The notes under the pieces were generated by a model. It worked only from the letters and a program-made list of their open reading frames with translations. It searched no databases and was not told the origin of the DNA. A program made the translations under genes and the position numbers. This document shows positions 27,401-39,559 of a stretch of 64,000 nucleotides of DNA, in pieces. The DNA lies in contig CATNEN010000030.1 in assembly GCA_950097015.1 (NCBI GenBank), positions 3,348,001 to 3,412,000 on the forward strand. Reading direction: 5' to 3'. Within the stretch, counting starts at the first letter, position 1. Each line of letters begins with the position of its first letter. Origin of the DNA: Macrostomum hystrix (Eukaryota; Animalia; Platyhelminthes).

Positions 27401-30230
27401 GACAGTACAAAAGATAGTGATTATTGAGAATTTCAAATTTATTGACCTTGACCGTTATCAAATCAATACGACTGTACCACATTAGAGTGCATGACCAATT
27501 AAGGAATATATTTGACGTTTATGGTCGATTGAAATATGGGTTGGGAGCTTATGACCTTGGGAGCTTTTGACCTTGGGAGCTTTTGACCTTGGGAGCTTAT
27601 GACCTTGGGAGCTTATGACCTTGGGAGCTTTTGACCTTGGGTGCTTTTGACCTTGGGAGCTTATGACCTTGGGAGCTTATGACCTTGGGAGCTTATGACC
27701 TTGGGTGCATATGACTTTGGGAGCTTATGACCTTGGGAGCTTATGACCTTGGGTGCATATGACTTTGGGTGCATATGACCTTGGGAGCTTATGACAGAGA
27801 AAGGTGTGTGAATTGTGTTTATAACAGATTAGCGACGGTTTAAGATCATAATTAAAGACGTAATTAAAGGCTTATGAACGAATGAAGGCAAGAAGAGGTC
27901 CAACCTTAGATTGGAATCTGAAGATTTCTATTAAGATCGCACATTATCAGCTGTCATCAGTCTCATCAATGTGAGTTCATCGAGTTCCTCACCTAGGCGG
28001 AATGGAGGCGCAAGCTTCCCACTGCTTGACGGAGTGTCCGAGCTGGGCGCACGCGTGGTGGATTAGGAGACGGCCAGCCTGCCAGCGAGCCTTGGCCGCG
28101 GCGATTCTCTGCTGCCTGTCGCTGGTGGCATCGTGCTCCATCTCGAGCCGGAACTCCAGCTCGCTGCCGTACTTGCCGTCGAATATTGTGGCTGCGGGTG
28201 ACGGGGAATGACGTCAGCTTTGCTGGCCATAGACCCCCATTCCAACTGGCCATAGACCCCCATTCCAACTGGCCATAGACCCCCATTCCAACTGGCCATA
28301 GACCCCCATTCCAACTGGCCATAGACCTCCATTCCAACTGGTCATAGACCCCCATTCCAACTGGTCATAGACCCCCATTCCAACTGGCCATAGACCTCCA
28401 TTCCAACTGGTCATAGACCCCCATTCCAACTGGCCATAGACCCCCATTCCAACTCCATTCCAACTGGCCATAGACCTCCATTCCAACTGGCCACAGACCC
28501 CAATTCCAACTGGCCATAGACCTCCATTCCAACTGGCCATAGACCCCCATTCCAACTGGCCATAGACCCCCATTACAACTGGCCATAGACCCCCATTACA
28601 ACTGGCCATAGACCCCCATTACAACTGGCCATAGACCCCCATTCCAACTGGCCATAGACCCCCATTCCAACTGGCCATAGACCTCCATTCCAACTGGCCA
28701 TAGACCCCAATTCCAACTGGCCATAGACCCCCATTCCAACTGGCCATAGACCCCCATTCCAACTGGCCATAGACCTCCATTCCAACTGGCCATAGACACC
28801 CATTCCAACTGGCCATAGACACCCATTCCAACTGGCCATAGACACCCATTTCAACTGGCCATAGACACCCATTCCAACTGGCCATAGACACCCATTTCAA
28901 CTGGCCATAGACACCCATTTTAACTGGCCATAGACACCCATTTCAACTGGCCATAGACACCCATTCCAACTGGCCATAAACAACTATTCCAACTGGCCAT
29001 AGACACCCATTCCAACTGGCCATAGACACCCATTTCAACTGGCCATAGACACCCATTTTAACTGGCCATAGACACCCATTCCAACTGGCCATAAACAACT
29101 ATTCCAACTGGCCATAGACACCCATTCCAACTGGCCATAGACACTCATTTCAATTGGTCATAGACACCCCTTTCAACTGGCCAAAAATTCCAACTGGCCA
29201 TAAACAACTATTCCGACTGGTTATAGTCCCAGTCCGCCTGACCCTTAGACCCCGATTCCGACTCTCAATTCCGATTCGAAATTCCCTAGCCTCCCCAGCT
29301 CACCAAGCATGGCATCCTGCTCTCTGTAGAGGCCCTGCAGCCGGTTGGCGTGTCCGTGCAACTCCTTGACGGCCAGCTTGGCGCTGTCCCGTATCTGCCG
29401 AGCCGCCTGCAGCTCTCGCTCCGCGACCTCCTGCTTGTTGAGCGCAGTCAGGTACTCCTCCTGCTCGCGTGACATTCTCTCGTCGAATGCGGCCTGGTCG
29501 GCGAAGAAGGCGCGCACACTCGGCTGGCGCATATCGTCGACGTCCTTCTTCTCCTTCAGGCTAAGAATTTGTTTGGTTTCTAAAGTACTTGTGTGCCTCA
29601 GTCTTTCGCATGGCAACCATCACAGTCCATGCAAAATGCAAAACTACTTGATAGGGATTTTCCTACTAGAAAGGGATTTTCCTACTATAAAGGGATTTTC
29701 CTACTAGAAAGGGATTTCCCTACTTGATTAGCTACGCGAATCAGTATTAGACTACTTGATTTGTTCACCTGAGTAGATTATTACACTGGAATGTTTAACA
29801 ATTTAATCGATGCTTTCCAAAGTCATTATTATACAAATTGTACTAATAGCAATTCATTCCCACAACTCACGTTTGTTCCTTCCTCGACTCAAACACTGCA
29901 GTAAGCCGTTGAATCTCTTCCTCCAAAGCTTTGAGCTCGTCCCATTTAATCTGTAGGTGCTCAACGACATTCATGGCTTCCAGGCGGTTGATCTCCTTCT
30001 CGATCTCCACGTATCGGAGCAGAGTCTCTGCGTCCATTGTTGTTTGGCCAACCTAACAGGAAATCAGATTGGCTTTATCTGTTTGCGACTTCAAGAGTTA
30101 AACCCACCCGGCCCCAAGAACTCACAGCTTCGTCCTCCTTTGGAGCGGAGGGTGCAACGTTGGAAACCGGCTTCTTCGTCTCAAAGCTGAACGTTGAAGC
30201 AGACTCAGGCTGGGATGAAGGTTGCTGCAT
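21403..30230 (-). CDS. Uncharacterised coiled-coil protein, ~591 aa. Exons 30108-30230, 29871-30052, 29304-29560, 27993-28191, 27219-27345, 24855-24986, 24577-24733, 22995-23402, 22791-22888, 21403-21495
   Basis: Ten GT-AG exons join in phase into one 1776-nt ORF. The N-terminal half is heptad-rich (LLRYVEIEKEINRLE...QEEYLTALNKQEVAERELQAAR), followed by IFDGKYGSELE and GIDFPYCRLDEVVTLERATSNVFTD, a basic KKDRRKDRKRDKRERRKEK tract and a C-terminal coiled coil. Family not recognised. Confidence 0.85.
21518..22771. repeat. Minisatellite, 37-bp unit GCTAGACTAGCAATCCATTCTATTCCTTCATCCATGA (intron of the coiled-coil gene)
   Basis: About 34 tandem copies. Confidence 0.97.
23432..24552. repeat. Minisatellite, 58-bp unit containing two AACCAATCAG motifs (intron)
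   Basis: Unit AACCAATCAGAGGCTTGATATGATCAAACAACCAATCAGTGGATCGATAAGATTCAGC, about 19 copies. Confidence 0.97.
25018..26975. repeat. Minisatellite, 24-bp unit GTGCCTGGTGCGATTCTAGCTACT/GAA (intron)
   Basis: About 80 tandem copies; source of the spurious VPGAILAT ORF. Confidence 0.97.
27540..27795. repeat. Minisatellite, 16-bp unit GGGAGCTTATGACCTT (intron)
   Basis: About 16 tandem copies. Confidence 0.95.
28222..29215. repeat. Minisatellite, 23-bp unit CCAACTGGCCATAGACCCCCATT (intron)
   Basis: About 43 tandem copies. Confidence 0.96.
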
Positions 30231-32889
30231 GGAGAGAGCATAACATGTTTGTTAAAATCTGTAGACTGAGTATAGATTTCATAAACTGCATTAGTAACTA
30301 ACCTGATAAGTGTTGTGCTGTCGGGACTCCGGAAAATTGTTAGTAGATCGGACATCCATGCCAGGATTTCTGGGGTAGCTAGAAGCACCCCTGTTTCCTG
30401 AGAAGTGCTGAGTACTGGCTGAGGATCCCATTAGTTTAGTTTGTTAATATAGTCTTAATCTGAAAAAAAAAATTATTTTACTTATTCATAATTTGAGATG
30501 TATAAGACATATACTTAATGCAGACTTCAGGTACATTTAAAACATTTTAAACAAAGGTTTAAAATCTATCGCGACGAATTGCTATCATACAAACATATAT
30601 CAGTGATTCAATTTTCTAAAACCTGCCTTTTCTGAAACCACAGACGAATAATTAAAAATGTAATAAATAGCAAAAAAATTATAATCCTATATAACTTTAC
30701 AGTGCAGTACAGAACATTATAATACACACAGTGCAGCAATAAATTACTGAACAGCTGATGAGCACAGCTAAAAGTAAGATTTTGCTAATATATTTAACGT
30801 TCCATGGAATATTGAATGCTTCTTAATCTAGATAAACCAAAATTGTGTTTTTATAAGTTCAAAATGGCACTATTCTACCGGACCCATCCAATTTAGTACT
30901 TGTTACAAATTAATGATAATTTATGACAGCAAAATTTTAGCAGGCTGTAAGGTGAACAACAAGAATTCAATGGCGACAAGTGAAGTTGAAAACTATAAAC
31001 AAAGAACAGATAAATTTGATATTTATTAATATCGTGTCATTCAAATATCACATTCCAACTTAAGTTCGTTCGCTCTAATCGAAGAAACCTAATTTAATAT
31101 TACCATTAGTAACGAATTCAAGTACTATTTACATTGACACCAGAGGAACATGCATATAACAAATAAACAATAGCGACAGTATTAAAAGCATTCGGTTTTG
31201 CGCGATTCCTAAATCATTTTTTTACAAAAAAAAATCTTTTTTTCGAATAAGATTTATTATTATTATTAACTAAGTAACGTCATTCCACTCCACCGTCGCC
31301 ACTAGCAATGTTTACTTTTTTACCTGGATTGCCCCAAAAAATCCCAGGCCTTGTGAAATTGGACTTATATATAGTGTGCCAACAAATTTTAGTACTCAAT
31401 AGTCCATTCTTCTTGTAGAGAAAAAGTATTTTTCTCGTTGGTCCTTGAGCGCAATATTTAGACGCCATTGACAAGCAAAGTTTGTCCAGAGACTGCGTAG
31501 TGTCATTTCCTTTTCCTTATTTGGCATCTTTTCTTCTTGCTATTAGTGACATGTAACATTAAGTAAGTTCAATTCCAAAAAATTACCACCAAAGAAGGGT
31601 TGAAGCATTACTATATATAAAAAAAATTCATGTTGTTAAATAGCAAAATAAGCACAAAAATATTTGCAGGTGTTTGCATAGAGAAACAAATTATACAGCT
31701 GCTTCAAACATTTACAGACAATTTTGAGCCACAGTTTGCTAGAACACAATTAAATGCGTTTATCTTACTTAAAATATATTGTACTTGTTCAGGTTACTAA
31801 TTTCTAGTGTAAATTATTTTCAACCTAAAAATGTTTTAACAGTTTTAATTCTTAATTCGCCGGGTGTTATAGCTCCATAAAGATATTGCTACGGATTTCA
31901 CTATTAAAGTGTATGACAACATCATTCAAGTCGAATCCAAACATGCATTGGTATTCCTGCGCATAATATTTTAGTACAGAAGATTATATGTACGTTTTTA
32001 ACACTATATATGTGTTTTTTCTGCATTTTTCATTTGTCAATGTCTTAAGTCACATAATAAGTCCTTTTTCTTTGATAGGCATGGACTTTAGATTGAAAAA
32101 ATCCAGAAAAACAATTTGCTTTTTTGCAATCAGTTGCAACTTAGGACCTTACAAGTTGCTGTTTATTACAATTTGAATTCGAATTCAATACAAGATAATC
32201 TAATTGTAATCGCACGTTGGACGTTGAATACAAGTTGTCTCAGACTGCAAGCACATAAGCATATCCTGTAGGTCCCGTAGCAACTAAGAGTTCTTTAAAT
32301 GGTTTTAAGGACTACCGTTTTTAGTCTTGACATGCCGGGAACTACAAGCCACTTGATGTAACACATTTATCTCTAATAACAGCCTAAAAACTCTAATAAC
32401 AGCCTAACAGACTAAAAATATGCATCTTTGAGTGTAAAAAATTCTAGGGATATGTGAAGTATTTCGCATTATTATATATTTCTTTATGGTGCAAATGGAC
32501 TGTCAGATCTGAAATTGTTTAGCTTATAGCTCTATTTAAATTTTCTGAGTGAGTTAATTACTTTTGCTTAAATTACGTAACATTATGAAATCCTCCATTC
32601 TAAATATTGTATTATTATTGTGTCCTGAAAAAATGTTTAGCAGTACTTATGAATTCATTTTTATTAAGACTAATAAAAAGTTTTCAATTTTTCTTTCCTA
32701 CCATTTTTGTCATGGATTGGATGACAAGTTTATGATTTTTTGGAATCGGAAACTTGAATTAGTTTTTAGTAGTACCTAAACTACTGTAAGAAGCAGTGAC
32801 GAATAGGTCTAGTGCGCTATGAACCAATTCTTTTTTGCAGGGTTATTCGCGGATTCTGAACACTTGCACTTCTTCCGCTACTAGAAGCA

Positions 32890-35800
32890 ATGCATCGAGA
32901 GGATACGGACATCAGCGAGGAAACGTCATCAACGGACCGGACGCTGCGGCGGGAAGACTTTCGGCATTCCAGAAGCAACGGTGCCGCAGCAGCCGCCGCT
33001 GAAGCAGATCCCGGCGTGACCAGCGACGAAGAGAATGACATTATGAGGGAGATCAAGGAGGAGATTAAGCGGAAGGTTCGCGAGGATATCAAGGTAAGAC
33101 CCAGCAAGTTTAAAAGCGGTTACTTAGTTCGCGATGATTAGCATATGCTCCATAATTTACAATGGGCAATGTTCCCCGCTCCTCACGCACAGGAGGAGCT
33201 GGCTCGTTACGATCTGAAAAACTTGTGCAGCCGTACGGAGTCGGCGGCGTCGAGCGCTCGCGACCAGCCGGGCCTGCTGGACGCCAGCCGGATGCTGCCG
33301 GAGCGGGACGCCAAATACACCGAGGCCTATCAGCGGATGCTGAAGCTGGACAAGATTCTGCGCAAGCGGATGGCCAGAGAGCGGGAGGTCAAGCGGCAGA
33401 GGGCCATGCTGGAGAAGAGGTTCGGTTCACACAGTTTTCTGACGCCACGTTTTAAGAGGAACAGCTTGATTATGGAGGAAAGGAAAGGGTTTATTAGGCT
33501 GTTCAGTCCATGGACTGTGGAGGATGTCACACTTCATCCATTTAACAGCTTGGAGACATGAAGCAATGCAGAGTTAAGTGTCTTGCAAAATGGCACAAAT
33601 TGTTTCAGTGGAGTCGGGAATCGAACCCCCGACTTTCAAGTCATGAATCCGGACGCTTTAAGCTCTAGGCTACAATCCGCTTAGGTAAAAGGATTGGATT
33701 CAGAATGAATATTTGAATTAAGGGAAAGGTTGAAACAAATAGAATTAGGCATTGTGTCTTGTTGTCTGTGTTACAAAGCTGTAACAGAGCCTTGATCTCA
33801 GATCGTAATGAAAAATGCGACTAAGGGAAACAGGTAGATATAAAGGTGATATAAAGGTGAATTTAAGCGGATAGCGGAATTGAACAAACGGCACGTAGTT
33901 AAAAATTGCAACACAAAAACAGAATCAAGGAGGAGCTGGAACAGCTGCGCGCGGCGGCAACCTCCAGACGGTCCACCGACGAGGTGAGCAACACGATGAA
34001 GTTCCTGGCGCTGACGCCCAGCGAAGGCGGAGGAGCTCGGCGCGACGCAGACTCGGAACTGCGTGACGAGTATAGCGACGACTTACCGCACGAGCCCGTG
34101 TTTGCCACCGAGTATCTGTTTGAAGAGGCCAATAACAACAGCAGGGATAATGCGAGTGGCGTCACTATTGATGGAAGTGGGACGGCGCGCTCCGGAAAGG
34201 CGGCCAACCGGCAGCAGCAGCAGCAGCAGGACGGTCAACGGAAGCAGCGTGGCGGCGGTGGTGCAGCCGGTGGCGGAGACGCATCAAAAGATTTCATCAA
34301 GAGAAACATTGAGGTTGGCGACTGTTCCGTTATATATAATATCGTAGCTCGTATATTAGAGATTGTATATCCTGTATGCCCTGAGGTCTGTAGTTCGAAT
34401 CCAGGAATGTAACTAAGCTAAAAATTGCTTCAGTTTCCCTACGGAGCTTGTAGCCTAGTGGTTAGAGCTTTGAACTTCTGACCAAGAGGTCGGGAGTTCG
34501 AATCTCCGTCCAATTAAAATCATAGTGTCCTTGAGCGAGTTGGCTAAATCCTTCATTTTACAGAACACATAGTAGCTCTATCTGGGTCCCAGTTTAGGCG
34601 CTGGGATGGAAATATGGGTGATTGCGACAGCCTCCCTAGTCCATGGACTGAACAGCTGTACGCAGCATTTGACTGCGTGCTGCTTAAAGTTGTTGAGCGG
34701 GGTGGCCTAAATTAGCCAAGACGAGGGGCGAGGGAGAGAGAGAGGTAAACTAACCAGCCAATCAGCGTGCGGGGCGGGGGTAGAGCAGGCTGGCAGCAGA
34801 CATGGCTATTTAACACCGGGATTCTCGTACAGCTGATAAGAAAGAGAGAGAGCCAGCCGATCAGCTTCGGGCCTGGGGCAGAATAATGGCTCTGGCTCTG
34901 CCAGAGGCCAGACGGGCAAAATGGGGGAAATTCACTAAATTTATATCCATTTATCTTCCGCAATTTCCTTTGCAACTTGGTGAAATAAATATCGAGAAAT
35001 CGACTTGATAATTATTTTTCAACACTCGGCTCACGAACTCTTATATAATCCGCAGTTGGCGGGGGCATCAAACGACGTAGTCGCAATGACGCCGGAGGAG
35101 AGAGAGCGCCTCGACTCCCTGCTGCGCGATTTGGATAGCATTCCCGAGCTGCCCGAGGAATTTCTGGTGGGTAGCGTCAAAAATGTGTGAAAATGCGCAA
35201 ATTAGCCTACTAATGTGAGTAGGTACTCGTAGATTAGAGACAATAAAAATAAAAGCAGTAATTTTTATAGCGCTAAACAAAACTTTCAGCTTGATTCAGA
35301 GTGGCAGAGCTTGCCACAGACGCCGTCTACAGTTATCAGCCTCGGATTAGTTCAGTGCTTTGAGGGTTCATTTTGCTTGTTTTCTATTTATTTTTAACGA
35401 TGAAGTTCACTCTTGTGCTGCGCCTTTTCTTATGCTATGCAGAATCTTATCACATTTAAAACAAAATTTACAGATTACTATTTATGGTAATCTAAAAGCG
35501 AATACTAAAATAATCACATTGATTCTATTTATTTGAAACACAGCTCATTCTGATCACAAAAATGTCACAAATATATTTTTTTGTTTTTTTAAATAGATAT
35601 ACCCGTATGCTCGTCATGACTTCTGATGTCTTCTAGCGCCGAGATGTGTCTGTTCTCGTGTCGCTTCTTCTGTTTCTCGCGACTGTTGTTCTGTTTTCCC
35701 TGTATGTTCTTCTGTTTCTCGTGTCTGTTCTTCTGTTTCTGGTGTCTGTTCTTCTGTTTCTCGCGACTGTTGTTCTGTTTTCCCTGTATGTTCTTCTGTT

Positions 35801-38539
35801 TCTCGTGTCTGTTCTTCTGTTTCTGGTGTCTGTTCTTCTGTTTCTGGTGTCTGTTCTTCTGTTTCTCGTGTCTGTTCTTCTGTTTCTGGTGTCTGTTCTT
35901 CTGTTTCTCGTGTCTGTTCTTCTGTTTCTGGTGTCTGTTCTTTTGTTTCTCGTGTCTGTTCTTCTGTTTCTGGTGTCTGTTCTTCTGTTTCTCGTGTCTG
36001 TTCTTCTGTTTCTGGTGTCTGTTCTTCTGTTTCTCGCGACTGTTGTTCTGTTTTTCCTGTATGTTCTTCTGTTTCTCGTGTCTGTTCTTCTGTTTCTGGT
36101 GTCTGTTCTTCTGTTTCTGGTGTCTGTTCTTCTGTTTCTCGTGTCTGTTCTTCTGTTTCTGGTGTCTGTTCTTCTGTTTCTCGTGTCTGTTCTTCTGTTT
36201 CTGGTGTCTGTTCTTTTGTTTCTCGTGTCTGTTCTTCTGTTTCTGGTGTCTGTTCTTTTGTTTCTCGTGTCTGTTCTTCTGTTTCTCGTGTCTGTCCTTC
36301 TGTTTCTCGTGTCTGTTCTTTTGTTTCTCGTGTCTGTTCTTCTGTTTCTCGTGTCTGTCCTTCTGTTTCTCGTGTCTGTTCTTCTGTTTCTGGTGTCTGT
36401 TCTTCTGTTTCTCGTGTCTGTTCTTCTGTTTCTCGTGTCTCTTCTTCTGTTTCTCGTGTCTGCTCTTCTGTTTCTCCTGTATGTTCTTCTGTTTCTCCTG
36501 TATGTTCTTCTGTTTCTCGTGTCTGTTCTTCTGTTTCTCGTGTCTGTTGTTCTGTTTTTCCTGTATGTTCTTCTGTTTCTCGTGTCTGTTCTTCTGTTTC
36601 TGGTGTCTGTTCTTCTGTTTCTGGTGTCTGTTCTTCTGTTTCTCGTGTCTGTTCTTCTGTTTCTCGTGTCTGCTCTTCTGTATCTCGTGTCTGTTCTTCT
36701 GTTTCTAAAGTCTGCTATGTGATCACAATTTCGCACTAACATGTGGTACCAAAGACTAAATGGCACAGCCTGCACCCCAACCAATCAAATCCAACGCCCA
36801 TCAGGAGTCCAGCGCAGCCAATCAGCTTGCCACGCTGAGCCCAGGCGAGGGCTACCGAGTATCGGATGCCGATTCGCAGCGCCTTCGCGAAATCGACGCC
36901 GGCCTGGCCCGACTCGGCTCCGTGCCGCCAGCCTCGGTGGCCGCCTGGTCTGAGCAGGCCCCGGCCTCCGCCAGGCGCCAGTCGGAGCTCAGCGACGCCT
37001 ACAGGGCCACCGCTCTGCAGCGCGCCCTGGCCGGTCAGGACTGGGATCTGGACCGGCTGGGCGAGAAGGCCCTGGCCGAGGTCAAGGAGGAGCGACTGAT
37101 GAGTCACCGACTGGAGGAGGTTAATAGCCGGCTGGCGTTGCTTAGCAACGAGGTGATTAACCGAACTGTTCGCACTTTGTCAACCACCTGTGTGAGCCTA
37201 TATAAAGGCCTATATATTGGTGGTTTTTTACACCCCGACGAGAATCATTGAATGTCTCAACGATGTTGATGTTTAGTGATTTTTCCAAAGTTGTTTCGTC
37301 AGATATAGCGGAGAATTTTAGCCCGTGTTCATACACGCCAAGAAAAAATGGTGTCTATTTAAAATAACAAAGGCCCAATGAGTGTTTCTTCAGGCCAGAT
37401 GTACACACCCCTATGTGCGTGTGTGCTCAGGAGTCAGCGGGATGGGCAGAATTGTCTCCTCGCTGGCTCCGGGTCCAGTGTCACCAAATGATGTGCTATT
37501 TCCCGCAGCCCTCCTGTAGTTATTATTATTAGCCAGTCTCACTTCAATTCACGAATTGAAGGTCGGGGGTTCGATTCCCGACTCCACTGGAACAATTTGC
37601 GTCCTTTAGCAACACACTTAACTCTGCATTGCTTCAGTTCACCCAGCTGTTAAATGGGTACCAGAATTATCTGGGATAATTGAAGGTGTGTGTGGCGTCC
37701 CTTCAGTCCATGGACTGAACAGCCGTACGCAGCCTTCAGATGCGCCGCGCATTAGCTGCGGCTGTGCTGTCGGCTGCACATCTGACCTGATTGGGGCAGG
37801 TGTAATCAATTATTATTATTAATTACTATTCTATTATTATTATCCCATGTCACTAAAAGTCTTCCTCATTCCAGTCCTCCCAGCAGGGCCCGCTATCCAC
37901 CGAGGCGATGTCCGCCCTTCTATCCGACTGCGCCCGCTCCATCGCGGCAAGCAGCAGCCGCGGCGGCAGCATCCGGGACGCGAACTCGCAGCTGGGCAGC
38001 CATCGCAGTCTGCAGTCGGCAGCTGGAACTGTTGCCGTTGCCGTTCCCAGCGATGGCGAGTCGTTGGCGTCGACGCGACTGCCAGACGATGCGGCCGAAC
38101 TGGCGATGCTGGTGAGTCGAATATGGACAGATGGAAATTATCAGCGGGAGTAACTATGCTCTGCATTTGAATTAATAATGCTTCGCCACCTTAAAAGTTG
38201 AACTTCTGTAACGGTACTCCATTTAAGGTGCCTCCCCTGGATCGCGCGGTGCTAGACAAACTTCTGGCCGATGCCAGGGCCGCCGGGATTGGCCAGAACT
38301 GGACTCGGCCGGAGCCAATCACAGAGGAGGAGGAAGGGTTGGAGGAGGATGAATTCGAGGATGGCACGCTCAGGGTGTCGAGCGGCATGAAAAATGGAAT
38401 ACTCAGCTTGAGCAGCAGCGATGAAGACGACCCGGATGAGGAGGACAACCGGGAGCGTCTGGTGCTGCCAGATATCAGTCTGTACGCTAATATGAGCGCG
38501 CCGAAGACACCGAACTCTGGGAGATACTCGGCTGGCTAA
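32890..38539 (+). CDS. FSIP1: Fibrous sheath-interacting protein 1-like, ~609 aa. Exons 32890-33093, 33193-33419, 33923-34313, 35056-35166, 36805-37152, 37875-38111, 38228-38539
   Basis: Phase-consistent splicing (1830 nt). Motifs in the order I recall for FSIP1: AYQRMLKLDKILRKR, NTMKFLAL, EPVFAT, KDFIKRNIELA, EERERLDSLLRDLD, GEGYRV...RLREIDAGL. Confidence 0.85.
33500..33675 (-). mobile_element. SINE family A copy, partial (FSIP1 intron 2)
   Basis: Shares GAAGCAATGCAGAGTTAAGTGTCTTGC...GGAGTCGGGAATCGAACCCC with 39140-39225. Confidence 0.75.
34445..34690 (+). mobile_element. SINE, family A-related subfamily (FSIP1 intron 3)
   Basis: A box TAGCCTAGTGGTTAGA, B box AGTTCGAATC, then AGTCCATGGACTGAACAGCTGTACGCAGC shared with family A. 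A related head occurs on the minus strand at ~56855-56910. Confidence 0.7.
35645..36706. repeat. Pyrimidine-rich minisatellite, 21-bp unit TGTCTGTTCTTCTGTTTCTCG (FSIP1 intron)
   Basis: About 50 tandem copies. Confidence 0.97.
37392..37530 (+). mobile_element. SINE family B 3' fragment directly upstream of a family A copy
   Basis: GCCAGATGTACACAC...GCTCAGGAGTCAGCG...CTCCTCGCTGGCT...GTGTCACCAAATGATG plus ATT tail. Confidence 0.7.
37555..37835 (+). mobile_element. SINE family A copy, 5'-truncated (FSIP1 intron 5)
   Basis: B box GGTTCGATTCC, CORE-like segment, palindrome TTCAGTCCATGGACTGAA, ATT tail. Confidence 0.8.
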
Positions 38540-38979
38540 GCTAGCAGTTATAATTGGCATAGATCCTGCTTTAGAGCTATCTTTATTTGTTATAAAGGTT
38601 ACCTTTGCGACGCTTTGCAAAATGTCGCTTTTTTGCAAAGGATCACACCTTCGTTTATAGCCTTGGGCTATTGAACTCGAACCATTAACATGCTTGCACT
38701 CATTTTATTTGGGTCGTGGTTACTTAAAAGCTTACTTATCGATTTACTCCGCCTAAATCTTTGCTTTCTCGGTCTCTATGGCAACGAACCTCGCTAGTTG
38801 TTGATTTGGCATTTAATAAATCTATCATTTGTAACTATATAGTGATGTACGAGGTAGCTATAATGTACGTTTTTATATTGTTACAAAATCGCATGAATTA
38901 GATACATAAAAAGTACAATTTTCTTCAAGTTAAAGTAATCTTGTTTAATTTGCTCTTATTTATAATAATAATAATAATT

Positions 38980-39265
38980 GATTACACCTGCCCCAATCGG
39001 GTCAGATGTGCAGCCGACAGCACAGCCGCAGCTAATGCGCGGCGCATCTGAAGGCTGCGTACAGCTGTTCAGTCCACGGACTGGGGCGACGCCAAACCCA
39101 CCTTCAATTATCCCAGCTGATGCTGGTACCCATTTAACAGCTGGGTGATCTGAAGCAATGCAGAGTTAAGTGTCTTGCTAAAGGACGCAAATTGTTCCAG
39201 TGGAGTCGGGAATCGAACCCCCGACCTTCAAGTCGTGAGTCCGACGCCCTAACCACTAGGCTACA
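38980..39265 (-). mobile_element. tRNA-headed SINE, family A (CORE-like centre), near full length
   Basis: On the minus strand: A box TAGCCTAGTGGTTAGG, B box GGTTCGATTCC, CORE-like segment and an (ATT)n tail. Highly similar to the reverse complement of 37555-37830. Confidence 0.8.
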
Positions 39266-39559
39266 ACCTATTTATAATACACGCCTTTGATTTCGTTTTG
39301 AAACTTGAGCACAGCTTGAGTTTCAATATAGCATTCATTTGTGCCATTGATAAGCATCGCTTACTGTCACATGAAACTATTTTTGCGTTTACTAAACTTT
39401 GACTATGCTTCAAATTCGTATGTGTTAAAATATACTGACTTTTAAATCTAACTACTTGAAGTAGTCGAGACGAAACTATTTGGACATTATTCAATTGATT
39501 GCCCATGGTCGATACGAGCTACCATGACAGACTTAAATGAAACACTGAAGACTGCTGAT

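Noticed and set aside
34445-34515. tRNA gene candidates (also the heads at 39195-39265 and 56425-56500)
   Set aside because: A and B boxes are present, but acceptor and anticodon stems pair poorly and each continues into a shared SINE body.
35626-36784. Cys/Phe-, Leu/Val- and Arg-rich ORFs of 358-383 aa
   Set aside because: Translations of a 21-bp intronic repeat in FSIP1.
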